A stretch of DNA of 62,074 nt from Hydrurus foetidus (taxonomy: Eukaryota). The stretch covers positions 1 through 62,074 of the forward strand of contig UYFQ01000350.1 in assembly GCA_900617105.1 (NCBI GenBank), given 5' to 3'. The notes beneath the pieces are model-generated. The model ran no database searches. It had not been told where the DNA came from and worked only from the letters and a program-made list of their open reading frames with translations. This document shows, piece after piece, positions 12,787-27,900 of the stretch (its first letter is position 1; every line of letters starts with the position of its first letter). A program made the translations under genes and the position numbers.

Positions 12787-15700
12787 TTAGCCTCCTAATA
12801 GATGTGCGGAATTGTAGTACGACCCTATGGTGTCTTGGGAGGAGGGGGCGGGGTGGGAGGGTTCTGATGGCTGGGCCTGTGCACTAGTCGGAGGTGCCCT
12901 GCTGGCTGACCCGCCTGAAGAGAAAGAGAGAGAAATGATAGAATTGAATGATGTACTTGAATGAGGGGAGGAGAGGGGAGGGGATATGGTGTGATGAGAT
13001 GTGATATGATGTGGTGCGATGCGATGCAATGTGATGTGATGTTATGTCAGGGTATAGCATGGCTGAGTAGAGAGCAAAAACATGCGAAACAATGTAATAC
13101 AAAACAGTCCTACTGATGAATGTGAAGAAACGGAGCAGTAGCGTAGCAGAGAAAAGAGGGAGCTTCATCATATCGCAGACGTTTCCTAACTGACCTCTGT
13201 AAACATGACTGCGCTTCATCTTCTCCCATTTGTTGAGCACGGATCGCCACTGATCTCTCACCCGCTGGACGCATCTAACAGGGGAGAGTAAGAGGGAGAG
13301 TAAGAGGGAAATGAAGAGAGAAGGGAAGGGGAAGAGGGAGAGGGAGAGGAAGAGAGCGTTTATGTGACATCAAGCTACACAGATCTGCCTACACTACCAG
13401 CAGTGTTGCAGTAGCATGCGGCACATTGTATGGCACAGACACGTCACGGTAAAGGGTGTGGTGCGGTACATTGTGATTTACTGAGGCGTGGCATTTGAAG
13501 GGAAACGAGATTGGATTGGATACCATGGATGAAGGAAGAGGGTTTAGATAGTGCATGACGTGACATGACACGATGCGATGTGATATCAAATCATATGATG
13601 TGACATGATATGATTTCATACGATGCAATGTGACACGATGTGATATGACACCACAATATATCAAATGCGATGCAATGTGACACGATGTGATATGACACCA
13701 CAATATATCAAATGCGATGCGATTTGGTGGATTCACCTGTGTCCGTCTGACGATCTCGTTCCTATTCTGTGTAGGAGTTTCAGCACCGCGTAGAGGAACT
13801 CCGAGTCAGTGGGGCACTGCCTGGACACAATGGCGTCCGCTCTAAGCAGCAGAGAGGGAACCACACTGTCGAAGGCACTCACGCACTGGGTGATGGAATG
13901 AAGTGTAGAAGAGACACCAGAGGAGATGAGGATGGATGAATGGAATGGAGTAGAATAGGAGTAGAGGGAAGATGAGATGTGCGTACGATCAGTTACAGAA
14001 GTCGCTGAGAAAATTAAGATAGGCGGACGGTACGAAATAGAAAAGAGGACTTGATGAGAAAGACGAATAGAGTGGAGTGGAGTGGAGTGGAAATAGTAGA
14101 TTCGACTTTAGAAAGCGCTATAAGCATGTCAGAGAGGTGCCATGCCAAAACTTGGAATGTCAAAGTGAAGAGTTGTTAGGTACAGATCGAGGATTCCGAT
14201 AATGCGAATAATATGTGATATGATGTGATGTGATAATATGAGATATGATATGATATGATATGATGTGATGTGATGTGATGTGATGTGATGTGATGTGATG
14301 TGATGTGATAATATGAGATATGATATGATGAGATATGATGTGATGTGATGAGATATGATGAGATATGATATGATATGATATGATGTGATGTGATGTGATG
14401 TGATATGATGTGATAAGATGAGATATGATATGATATGATATGATAGATATGATATGATGTGATATGATATGATGAGATATGATGAGAGATATGATGATGA
14501 GATATGATGTGATGTGATGTGATATGTGATATGATATGATATGATAATATGAGATATGATATGATATGATATGATATGATATGATATGATGTGATATGAT
14601 ATGATGTGATATGATATATGATATGATGTGATATGATGATATGATGAGATATGATGTGATATGATGTGATGAGATATGATATGATGAGATATGATGAGAT
14701 ATGATATGATGAGATATGATATGATGAGATATGATGAGATATGATGTGATATGATGTGATATGATGTGATATGATGAGATATGATATGATGATATGATGA
14801 TATGATATGATATGATATGATGAGATATGATATGATGATATGATGAGATATGATATGATGTGATATGATGTGATATGATATGATGAGATATGATATGATA
14901 TGATATGATGAGATATGATGTGATGAGATATGACATGATATGATGTGATATGATATGATATGATGAGATATGATGAGATATGATGTGATGAGATATGATA
15001 TGATGAGATATGATGAGATATGATGTGATGAGATATGATATGATGAGATATGATGAGATATGATGTGATGTGATGTGATATGATGTGATATGATGAGATA
15101 TGATATGATGTGATATGATGAGATATGATATGATATGATATGATGAGATATGATATGATGAGATATGATGAGATATGATATGATGTGATATGATGAGATA
15201 TGATATGATGAGATATGATGAGATATGATGAGATGAGATATGATATGATGAGATATGATATGAGAGATATGATGTGATGTGATATGATATGATATGATAT
15301 GATATGATATGATATGATGTGATATGATATGATGTGATATGATATGATATGATATGATATGATGAGATATGATATGATGAGATATGATATGATGAGATAT
15401 GATATGATATGATAATATGATAGATATGATATGATATGATGAGATATGATGTGATGAGATATGATATGATGAGATATGATGAGATATGATGAGATATGAT
15501 ATGATGAGATATGATATGATGAGATATGATGAGATGAGATATGATATGATGAGATATGATATGATGTGATAATATGAGATATGATATGGTGTGATATGAT
15601 ATGATATGATATGATATGATATGATATGATGTGATATGATATGATATGATATGATATGATATGATGAGATATGATGTGATATGATAGATATGATATGATG

Positions 15701-18700
15701 AGATATGATGAGATATGATATGATGAGATATGATGAGATATGATGAGATATGATATGATGAGATATGATGTGATGAGATATGATATGATGAGATATGATG
15801 AGATATGATGTGATGAGATATGATATGATGAGATATGATATGATGATGATATGATGAGATATGATGATGATATGATATGATGTGATATGATGAGATATGA
15901 TATGATGAGATATGATGAGATATGATGAGATGAGATATGATATGATATGATGAGATATGATGTGATGAGATATGATGTGATGTGATATGATATTATGTGA
16001 TATGATATGATGTGATATGATGAGATATGATATGATATGATATGATATGATATGATGAGATATGATGTGATGAGATATGATGTGATGAGATATGATATGA
16101 TGAGATATGATGAGATATGATGAGATATGATGTGATATGATATGATGTGATAATATGAGATATGATGTGATGAGATATGATGAGATATGACATGATATGA
16201 TGAGATATGATATGATGATGATATGATGAGATATGATGAGATATGATATGATATGATATGATATGATGAGATATGATGTGATGAGATATAATATGATGAG
16301 ATATGATGAGATATGATATGATGTGATATGATATGATGAGATATGATGAGATGAGATATGATGAGATATGATGAGATGAGATATGATATGATGAGATATG
16401 ATGAGATATGATGATGATATGATATGATGTGATATGATATGATATGATATGATATGATGTGATATGATATGATGTGATATGATATGATATGATATGATGA
16501 GATATGATGTGATGAGATATGATATGATGAGATATGATATGATGAGATATGATGAGATATGATGTGATGAGATATGATATGATATGATATGATGAGATAT
16601 GATGTAATGAGATATGATATGATGAGATGTGATATGATGTGATATGATGTGATATGATGTGATATGATATGATATGATATGATGAGATATGATATGATAT
16701 GATGAGATATGATGAGATATGATATGATGTGATATGATGAGATATGATATGATGAGATATGATGAGATATGATGAGATGTGATATGATGTGATATGATGA
16801 GATATGATATGATATGATATGATGTGATATGATATGATATGATGAGATATGATATGATGATATGATGAGATATGATATGATGTGATATGATATGATATGA
16901 TGAGATATGATATGATGATATGATGAGATATGATATGATGTGATATGATGAGATATGATATGATGTGATATGATGAGATATGATATGATGTGATATGATG
17001 AGATATGATATGATATGATATGATGTGATATGATGAGATATGATATGATGTGATATGATGAGATATGATATGATGTGATATGATGAGATATGATATGATG
17101 TGATATGATGAGATATGATATGATGTGATATGATGAGATATGATATGATGAGATATGATATGATATGATGAGCTCAAGGCTCCTCATTTATTCCAGGTCC
17201 ACGTTTAATCTGGACCCACCTCTATACACGACAATTAACTGACCGTACTGAAAACTGAAAACAGTACGGTACAGGTAATTGTCGTGTATAGGGGTGGGTC
17301 CAGATTAAACGTGGACCTGGAATAAATGAGGAGCCTTGAGATGTGATATGATACCATGGGATGTGATGGAATGCGACGAGATGGGATGTGCTATACCGAC
17401 ACAGAGATTTCATTGTCATAATTCTGTGCAAGAGTACTGGCAAAGAATAGGAAGAGAGCAGAGAACGGATAGTACTCACATCCACGGCAGTGCTTAGCAG
17501 CAGTTCTGAGAGGATTCTGAAGTACGTACGGTACGCTAGGTCCACTCCTGTGACGCACATCACACATTCCGATATACGGTCTCCTAGAAACACTGGAACA
17601 GCGGAGAGAAAAAGATGAAGGAATTGTGGGGGTGAAAAAGGGTGTATAGAAAAGTGAGGAAAAATAAATAGTTCTGTTTACGGGGAGGTTAAGGATATTT
17701 CATGCGCGCTCCAGTATTCGCAGCAGCTGATAATCTGCATGGATGCACATTCTAACATTGATGTTACGAGGTGAGGGCCGCTTTGTGTGCACGGTAAAAA
17801 GATGCCTATTGGGATGTGGCTTGTCAGTCCTTTCATGTAATAGGATGTTCACCTAGTATTCGGCCAGCTTCGGCCGCGCTTCTCGACCAGCACAAGTGCT
17901 GCAGTGCGGCTGCTGTCTGTGTGGTGCTGGTGTTGATGGACTCCTCAAGATATCCCCTTAAGGCGAAAGGAAATGAAATGAGATGAGGTGCGATGAGATG
18001 AGAAGAAAGGGAAGCAGATAAGGAGGGAAAAAATAACAAGGTATGGAAGGAGGAAAGGAAGGAGGGAGGGAGGGAGGATAAGTCAAGTAACACTAGTAAG
18101 GTGAGACAGTGCAGGGAGTGCGGAATCGTCGAGATGAAAGGATAAGGTGCAGTTCTGACAGGAGAGAGTTGGGGTGTTTTATTCACCTATTAAGGAATGC
18201 CTGGAGGTCCTCGGCAGAGAGAGCCAAATCGGACTTTCTCGAAGACACTGGAAGGAATAAAAAGAAAAAGAGAAAAAGGATGAGAAATTGGAGAATACCG
18301 TTCAATTGAGGAAAGAAATGAGTGTTGTGAGTGTTGTGCAGGTGACTATGAGATTCTGTAACATCGCGATCCGATTCGCTACATCAACTATCAGTGGTGC
18401 AAATCTTGTAGGATAGTTTCATCCAGCAGTTTACTGGTTCATCAGAATTAAGCTGTTGCGCTTGCGGAACAGTTTTTGATAATGTTGTGGAAACATTTTT
18501 GAAACAGCAGTATATTATGCAGCAGCTCCCTGAATTCAGTATTTCTTACAAGTCTCAGCAGGGAGGGAAGCGATCTCGTGGAGTTGGAAGGGGGAGGGGC
18601 CTAACCCCCGTCCCAGTCCCAGTCCCAGTCCAGAAGAGGGGGAGGATGCGCCATTCTTAACCGGAGTTACGGCCTCTAGATTCTTCTTACTGTCCGCTTG

Positions 18701-18871
18701 AGGGACGAAAGAAGACCTGATGAGGAGGCTTACGAGTTCTGTGCTGTGGTAGAGGTCGTCTGGGGACACTTGGTTAACCGTGTGGTTAGCGGCCACGACA
18801 GAGCGGATTACTCGGCGCACCGCACCCACCTTCAGAGGGAAGAAGTGATGCGTCAGAGGCGACGTGTTGAC

Positions 18872-18902
<31 letters not shown>

Positions 18903-21900
18903 CGACAGACAAAGAGACAGACAGAGAGACAAAAAGACAGACAGACAGATCGACTCATGTGAAAGCCTTGCGTACAGCCAACACGTATCATTTCTCCTCC
19001 CCTTTTAGTCACCTTCAATAGCATCGCTTTCTCTTCCATGCCCAGACTTGCCGTCTGCATGAAGAGTGACGATAGTAGACGGTACCCATCTCTGCCCAAC
19101 ATCTCATCCGCGCTGCATTAAGATGTCAGGCATTAATAGGTCGAGAGAGGATGAGTGACCTTAAGTGGTGTCAGATGTAAGGTGTTCCAATAGCATCAGC
19201 ACAGACACAGTACTCAGACAGACGGTCCAATAAGTGAAAGGGATCCAAGTCAGTCAATGACATTGCACTACTACACAGTGGTGCATCTCATATCATAGGA
19301 TTGAAATAGACCTCAACTTGACTGCCATCAGGGTATTAAAATAGACCGTTGAATAAATATACTGAAGATGAGAAAGGCGAAAAAAGGAGATAACGTGCTC
19401 TTACAGATGATCTGCTAATTCTCACCTTATTCTCTCAAAGATGAAAAGCAGCTTGTCCATGAGACGAGTGACATGGGAGGAAAAGGGACACAGTTCAACT
19501 TCACCCGCCTTCTCTCTTTCTCTGTCTCTAATGTTGTTTGATCCACTGCTACTACTGCTGCTGCGTGTACGGCTGATGGCAGATACTTGTTGGTCCACTT
19601 TGACGCCAGCGTTCTTCTCCGTCTCACTACCCGTCTCGCATACTACTGCTGAGTGCGCACTGGAAGAGGGAGAGGGAGGAAAGGAGGAGGAGGGGTTGAT
19701 GTTGATGTCTAGGTAGTGGCTCTTCTCACTCGATCGGAGCGCCTTGATGCACGTCAGCAGAAACCTATCAAGGAAATACGATACGGGCATACGTGACAAT
19801 TAGTGCAAATTAGGCGGATATGGGGTAATCACAAACAAAGATGGGTAGCATACAGTCTTTTTATGTGTTGTGTTTTTGCAGAGCATATGCCGTGGAGCAG
19901 AATAAGACGAGAAATACAGTACAGTACAGTACAGTACAGTACAGTACAGTACAGTGCAGTACAGTACAGTACAGTACAGTGCAGTACAGTACAGTACAGT
20001 GCAGTGCAGAATAAGAGGGGATGTTACCTGCACATCGCCTTGACTGTGATCTCATGAGGACAGGACAGGAAAATGCTCAGTAGCCAGGGGTGGCAGCTCT
20101 GCAAAGCGTGGGAACGGTCAGAGACAGAGTTTGTCCGGGGCTTTTGGCTGGAATTTGAAGGTCCTGAGTCCCTCTGGTGGTCCGTGGTCTGTGTGTCTAA
20201 AACACAGAAGGAGAATAGAGGGGGGGGGAATGGGGGAAAGGAGAAATGAGTGAGGGGAGAAGGGGAAGGAAAAATGAGAGAAATGACGGGATGAATATAA
20301 GGGGACTACGTTTCGTCGATTTATGAGTCAAGCACAAAAGGCTTTCCATGTGCTATGCTGCATATAGTACTATAGAAAAGGGCTTGCAGTGGATGAAATC
20401 AAATTTCGACAGTGAAAATGTTCCAGTGCTCAGTACGGAGCAATTAGTGTGCACATCCAGATCAAAAGTGCATCAGCAAGTAAACACGATCCCTGAGCTG
20501 GAGCCAACTTACTGCTATGTCTCCAGAGTGTGTGGGTGTGAGTGTCCGACACAAGTTCCTTTACTATTGCTCTTGCGCATCCTCTGCTCATGTCGAATAT
20601 AACCACTTCCTCCAGGTGCTCGAAGAACTGGAGGGTGGGGATAGAGAGGAAGGAAGGAAGGAAGGAAGGAAGGAAGGAAGGAAGGAAAAAAGAAAGAAAG
20701 AAAGAAAGAAAGTAGAAAGAATAAAGTTGTCATAAGGTGATTTTCGGTAACATTTTTGACTTAGTGAGGAGCATAGATTTTCAATGATAGTGCTGGTCAG
20801 AGTCAAACTAAGACAAGACTCACCGAGTGCACACATCCACTCGCCCTTGCCCTGGCTAGCACCTCGATGTTGAAGCGCAGACATGTGATGGCTAGTTGGG
20901 CCAAGGTCTCTGTTTGCTCTGCGTAATTTCCTACATTTATATCCTTCGCAACGACAGGCTGTGTCTTACTGACACCTACTGTGACTGTGCTGCTACTACT
21001 ACTACCATTACTGTAAGTGGAGAAGTTGTTGACAGCAGCAGTACTGCTGGTGTTTCCTTTCACGTCATGACCGTTGCTGATTTTCTTATTCGGCACTGCC
21101 TCTTTCACTGCATTGTCAACTTGTTTGGTGTTACTCTTCACAGGGGAGGTTCTGACAGGAGTTGTTGGCATGACCTTCGACACAGCGGAAGTAGCTTTAG
21201 GAGATGATGATGGCGGTGCTGAAGAGGAGGAGGAGGAAGAAGAAGAAGAAGAAGAAGAAGAGGGAAGAGGGGGTGGAGGAGGAGGCGTCCAGTGGCTTTG
21301 TTTTCATCATCTCGACTACTACAGGACATCGTTGCAACTGCCAGAGAAAATTGAAATGAATACTGCAAAAAAAGGAAAGAAAAATAAAATGGAGAGACAA
21401 GAGTTGGGATGGTGAGGAGGAATGAAATGAGAAATAAATCTTCGGTGATGCAATTGGTATAGTTCCGAAGTGCGCAATTGATGATTTGATCAATAATGGG
21501 TCGGAGCCAAGTCAACTTACCTGTTGAAAAGACTTCTGTCCGTCTGGAATTCAAGGTTCTCGGTCCACACAGCTTGAAGAACCTTCTTCGCTATAGGAGG
21601 CAAGTCAGTGTCCCCATTAAGTACTGCTTTTTGAGCCCTACTCTCTTCCAGTGCGGACTCTACCTCTTCACGATGTTCTCCCTTCTGCTGACCTTCCTTA
21701 GCCTCTCTGTCTGCCTCCATATCAACCTCCACTACGTCCCATGAATCACTAGCAAACTTGTCATCAGCATCGTCTGGATCACGTATACCTTTCGCCTCAC
21801 TCTTCAGGTCAGTGATGACTCCTTTCTCTTCAGCAGGCATCCCCTTGACTGTGGTTTCTGACTTACTAACAGCTGCCTTGCCTTTCTCTTTCTCTTCTCC

Positions 21901-24900
21901 TACCGCACTACTTCTTCTCGTCCCCCCTGTACCAGAAGGTGTCATCCCCCGTCTTAAGGATCCTGTCAGCAGGGGTTTCCTCTCGTATAGCAGCAGATAG
22001 GCGCTGTTCTGCCTCATTCTCTTTCCCCCCGAGGGCTGCTGGATGCTCTCCTCTCCCCCGAAACACTCCGCAGGAATTGCCTGAGAGAAGAAAGAAGAAA
22101 GAAAAGAGTAGGGAGAATGGAATAGCAAATGAGGTTTCATGGGGATGATGTTGGTGAGAGTGGATTGCAGCGTTAAATAATTGCAAAAAGCTTGATGGCA
22201 GAAGTTTTGAAGGTCTTGATGTGAGTACATGAGTAAGGTAGTGCAGAAGTGAAGATCAGTACAGTGTAGTGCGGTACGGCACAGTTCACTCGGAACAGTT
22301 TCGCACAATGCAATACAGAATAGAACAATTCGGTACGATGAGGAGTACTGTCAAATCAAGGTCGAAAAGAAGACGCCAAGTAAAGGTCGTGGAGATCATC
22401 TACAGAATCTTGAAGAGACGTAGATGCAGCATATACATGCAAGTATGACCAGGATAGAATAAAATGTCCGAAACACAGAACGAAATCAGGTTTGAGCCCT
22501 CTTGATATCACCATTCCATTTCCACGTTGGATTCGTCTATGCTTGTCAGACATTTCATTCTATCTTGGTAACAGATGATAAAGGAGTATTAAGGCATGGT
22601 TACAATGCACTGCTCTACACTACACTACACTGCTCTGCACTACACTACACTACACTACACTGCACTGCACTACACTGCACTACACTGCACTACACTACAT
22701 TACACTGCACTACACTACACTGCTCTGCACTACACTGCACTACACACACCTCCGCGCTGAACGGCAGTACAGTTCTGTCGTTGAATTCGAGCCACTTGTC
22801 GCTGGACCTTTCTTTGATGAAGGAGTAGTAGTGCCCTCTATCAATTGCTCCAATGTGCGCCACAATGCCTTGAAAGGAAGGAAAAAAGATAGGAAAAGAT
22901 GTAGTGAGATATGATAAGATAAGGTAGAGTAGGATACATTGAGAATAGTAGGTGGATTCTGATGTGTACAGCAGGCTAATTACAAAAAAGAATAAGATGA
23001 CATGAGACAGGGCAGCAGTGATCAGACCAAATGAAGTTCACACACACAAAACAGATAGATGGGAAAGGTAAAGAACAGACCTTTTAGGGTGTACTGGTAG
23101 TACGCATCCGTCATTACAGCAGCAGCGGCATGTTTGTTAAGAAGTTTGTCGTCATCATCTTGAGAAGTGTGCTTTTCAAACTTTTTATTCTCTTTCGCAG
23201 CGATGCCTTCTTCCGTATATGGGAACATATTCAAATCCATAGGAAAAGTCAAGTGGTCGTTGACCTGGGAAGGAAAAGTGCAAACAATTTCAAACGATGT
23301 AAAAAAATGAAGTCAGTGGCTGAATGCAAACTTATGTATGCTATTTTTGAATCTATTTGCTATTCATACGGTATATCAATCGTAATCTGGTGGAGGTTGG
23401 GAAGAGGGCTAGACGATTGGTTGGGAGTGGTAGTGACAAAACAGACGATCCACATTAAAACAAACAATTGAGATTACAGCTCAGCTGTGTCAATATATAG
23501 CGAGAAGAAGAAGAAGAAGAGGATCGCGTGACTCAGGTATGAGTAGAGTGCACTGTAGAGCAGACAGCATAGCGCACCTTCTTTCTGTCCATTGTCTCGA
23601 TATTAAACTCAAATCGCTTTAGATGGATTATCAGAGTGGGAGGTAATTCGCGGAAGGCGCATCGTCTCAGCGCCTCCACTTTACGACCTAGAGAATGCAG
23701 GAGACAGAGAGAGGGTTGTATGGAGGGGGAGTTTGAGTGAAGTGAGAAGTGAGGATAGGGTTATGCTCGAAATTATTTAGCAGATTGCATTGCTGCAGCA
23801 AGGGGAGAAGAAGGATGAGAATGAGGAAAGGGAGGGCGAGGAGTAGGATGAGGGGGAGGAACAAGAAGAGAAGAGGAGGTGAAAAGAGCATGAGGGTGAG
23901 GAGGAATAGAGGAGGATAAGCATGAGGATGAGGAGGAGGAACAAGGAGAACAATGACAGGACAATAGTGAGGAGGATATGGTAATAGAGGAAGATGACCG
24001 GAATGAGGAGGAAAAGAATGAAGGATGGTCCCTGCGTCAGGTCTTTATTATCCCCAGAGAATAGCTCTTCACCAACAAACAGCTCAAGGGAATCTTCGAG
24101 AGTAGCTTTGTCCTGTGGACATGTATAGTGTACAGAATGAGGTGGTTATAAATGTATGTCAGTCGTCGTTAGATGATTATCCATAAATGATGTCTAATCA
24201 TCCTTTGTATGTCAGCAGGTATGTATGCTTAATTAAGGTATGTATGTATGTGTGGGTGTGTGTGTGTGTGTGTTGTGTATGTGTGTGTGTGTATTGTGTG
24301 TGTGCGTGTGTGTGTGTGTGTATGGTGTGTGGTGTGTGTGTGTGTATGTATGTATGTATGTATGTGTGTATGTATGTATGTATGTATGTATGTATGTATG
24401 TATGTATCTATGTATGTATGTATGTATGTATGTATGTATGTATGTATGTATGTATGTATGTATGTATGTATGTATGTATGTATGTATGTATGTATCTATT
24501 TATTTACAGTATATCATGCACTAAAAAGACAGACTAATCTCACCTTAACCTCCACCGTAACCATGAAGAAGCTTTCCTCTCTGTCACTTTTATACGGAGT
24601 CTCTATACTTCGTGTACGCCATAAGATCTTGCCCTTAAGGGTGCGGGAAAGCAGGGCGGAACATTCTTTGTTGGACTCTAGTTTGTCGAATAACATTCCT
24701 GCGAACTCGTTGATGTCTTTCTGCTCCACTAGATTGACGGGCGAGCCGTCATAGTCGGTAAATGCCTGATAACAGTATAATATAAGATAAAATAATATAA
24801 GATGAGGAGTAGGTGTCGATGACTGCATGATTGGCTGGCTACCAGTGAAGTCACGGAGCACTTGAACTCATTCAAAGGACGATAGTCAGGGCAATAGTAA

Positions 24901-27900
24901 TCGGAATGTTTCTTGCTTGCTACCTTGCAGAAGCTGAGTGTGTCGTAGAACCTCTTCTCACTGAGTCGCAAATACCCAAACATGACCTGCAGCTGAAACA
25001 ACAACTTCTCATCATCACTCGGACCAGCTTTAACAGTCTTCACTGTTTGGACTGTGGATCCACATACGTCACTAATTCCATGGGAGTTTCCTGACGTCAT
25101 CGTCTCAATCTTCACAGCATTTACAGTGCTGCCATCTTTCTGACCCACAGACTTATCGTTGCTTTGATCCGTCACCTCATATGTGTCGTCAGAAATGCTC
25201 AGTAGACCTGAAGAGAAGGCTGGTATGTGGTAGAGCTGCTGCAGTAGACTGTTCATGTAGCACGTACCCCCCTGATTCACCAGTCCAACAAATGACCCCT
25301 CCTCCTATCACGCAACAATCGCATAGGGTAAAGTGTGTAAGTTGTTGTAATTGTACTACTAATACACTATTGTCGAAATCACCACTAAAAGGACACATCA
25401 TATCATGTTCTCATGCTACGAAGAGACATTCGATAACAGCGTATATAGGTCCATATTCGTCAAATGGACTTCAAGAAGATCTCGTAAACTGCTGTTTGTT
25501 TTGACCTCAATAATGTCTGCAGATAATTGTAGATGATACAATGCACAAAACGGATGACGTACTTTGATGAGATCGGATGGATCATACTCCCACTGCACGA
25601 CTCGCTTGCCCCTCGAACCTCCTCCAAGGGACACCGTTGCCTCTTGTTGATCCCCTTCTTCGTTCTCATCCACACAGTTCATGATGGTCACTAACAGAGC
25701 TGTGATGCGAGGGAAGATAGAGATTGCATGGGTTAGGTAGAGTAGGAGAGTAGGTGAATGAGAGGCTCTGCGAGAAGTAGTGACGAACGGGTCTGTTAGT
25801 GTTAGTGTTAGTGAGGGTCGGAAGTGATGGATGGTGATGTGGACTGGTGCAAGATAACTGCTATCCTACATCCTACCATCATTAGCCAGCGCAACGATTT
25901 ACGAGGAGTACTGATAAGACGTATTGTCGAAGTCACAACAAAAGAAGAACATGGCATTCACGTGCTCGAAAATAAACGCTGAGAACAACGGTTATCACTC
26001 TATATCCGTCAAATATGCTCCAAGATAATCCTCAGAAGTGCTGTTTTGTTTTGAACTCGACAGTACCTAAGTTGGGTTGGTCTGACTTGCACAGCTGATA
26101 GATGAGAGCGTAGGCAGTCTCCCTACTGACTGCTGTCTGACAGAGCGCACCCAGTGCATCCAACTCCATTTCTTCTGAAATTAAAAACAAATTAACATTA
26201 AAATTGGAATTGAGATTGATATCATGAAATGAGTGTTGATTAGATGAAGATAATATGATGATAGACCTTCTTCGAGTAAATTCTATCGCAATACAAGTGC
26301 GACCAATTACGATGAAAGAGGCATGAAGAGTTGTCATCATCACGTCGAGATGGATGTACTGGCAAGAACACTATGCAGTTGATGTAACAAAACAAAACAA
26401 GGCATTCGGGTACAGGAGCCGAATTCTAGGGAAGAAAAATAGGAGAAATTAAACGAAGCTTCTTCATTCATAGAGGTAAATGCGATGTCAGATAGACGAG
26501 CATAATGAGAATAAATAATAGATAAAAAATAATACGTGAAGAGTAGAGTTAAGAAGAACTCACCAGCTGTGCTTGAAGTAACAATGCTCTTTTCTTTGGG
26601 AAAGAGACAGTTTAGGTAGAGGAAGGAGAGGAAATCTTGACCAGACCCTCTACTCTCCTTGTGCTGCAGTGAGAGACGATTGGAAGAGATGATCAGATAC
26701 AGCAAAGGGCGTTAGGGGTGTTCAAATATTAATACGGTTTAGAGGTAGCAGTCCAACGTTGAGAAGAGATAGACATGTCCATTAAAGCTGCTAAGGGAAA
26801 AGTCGGTCTCAGCAAAGTAGATTATGTTGGTTGAGAAATTTCTAAGGAAAGATACAGATGAAGATGTTGCCGATGCTATCATAGGAAATCTCAATTACAT
26901 CGACAAAAATCAGGTGTATGTAGATTTTGTCCGACGACCAGAATCATGAGGGAAAATAATGCAGGTGCATCTAATATACAGGAAATGCACTTTTATTGCA
27001 ACTTTCGGTTTGTTTATCAGACACCCAGCACACGACAGAGAGCAATATCTTCATACTCTATCTCTGTCTCCAGTGCTGTGTATCTCACCTGGACATCTAA
27101 CGGGTTCTGTAAACCTTGAGTTCTCGAAGACTTCCTCCGGTAATTGCCTACCATGAGTGTCAATGTGAGACAAGACAATCAGAACAGTCGACAACATGTG
27201 CGTACTTGGGTGCGCTTTCACGCCTTCCAGGGACTAAATAATTTAAATAAACATTCTTGTCATGATACTGCTAGGAGTTGATGTTGATGGTTACCTAGCT
27301 TCATGCGTAGCAGAGGGTGTGATGTCGCGAGCACTAGTAATATTCTTAGCATGCCCACTAACGATCCGTCTGGCTGGGAGGAGTGAAAGGACTCCGTTGA
27401 CTGGTGGCTCATTAACTGCAGTCAGTGACACCACGAAAGAGGGAAGGGATGGTGAGGTGAAGGGAGGTGAGGTTCGAAATGAGACAATAGTGGCAAGGAG
27501 GCAGCAAATGCTCTAAACGAAGGGCAGAACATTTATATTATCATCGCAGAATCACGTAACACAGTAGCATTTACAGACAACACACTTATATGAGAGACGT
27601 CATAACTTCATTTTAGTACAGTATAGAGCTTTACAATGAGAATGACGTCATGTACTGCACCTGTGAGGCGAATAGATCGATGAGAATCTCTGCATCTCTA
27701 TCATGCTCCTCGCTTGAAATAACCTGCAGTGAGGCCGTGGATGATTTGTCTACTTCTCCATTGGAGGGAAAGATGAGTCGAGGAACGCCCCTGAGGGATA
27801 GGAGAGAGGCGAGAAGGGAGTATATTTGTTCTGACTGATGGAGAGTAGATGTGACCGGTGAGGCGGGTGAGGCGGTACGTGTGGAGCACTGAGATGTAGC

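Noticed and set aside
14160..17187. 1003-aa, 394-aa and 258-aa His/Ile/Ser/Tyr ORFs
   Set aside because: They are translations of the pentamer satellite, which lacks stops on that strand, and they lie within the USP gene.
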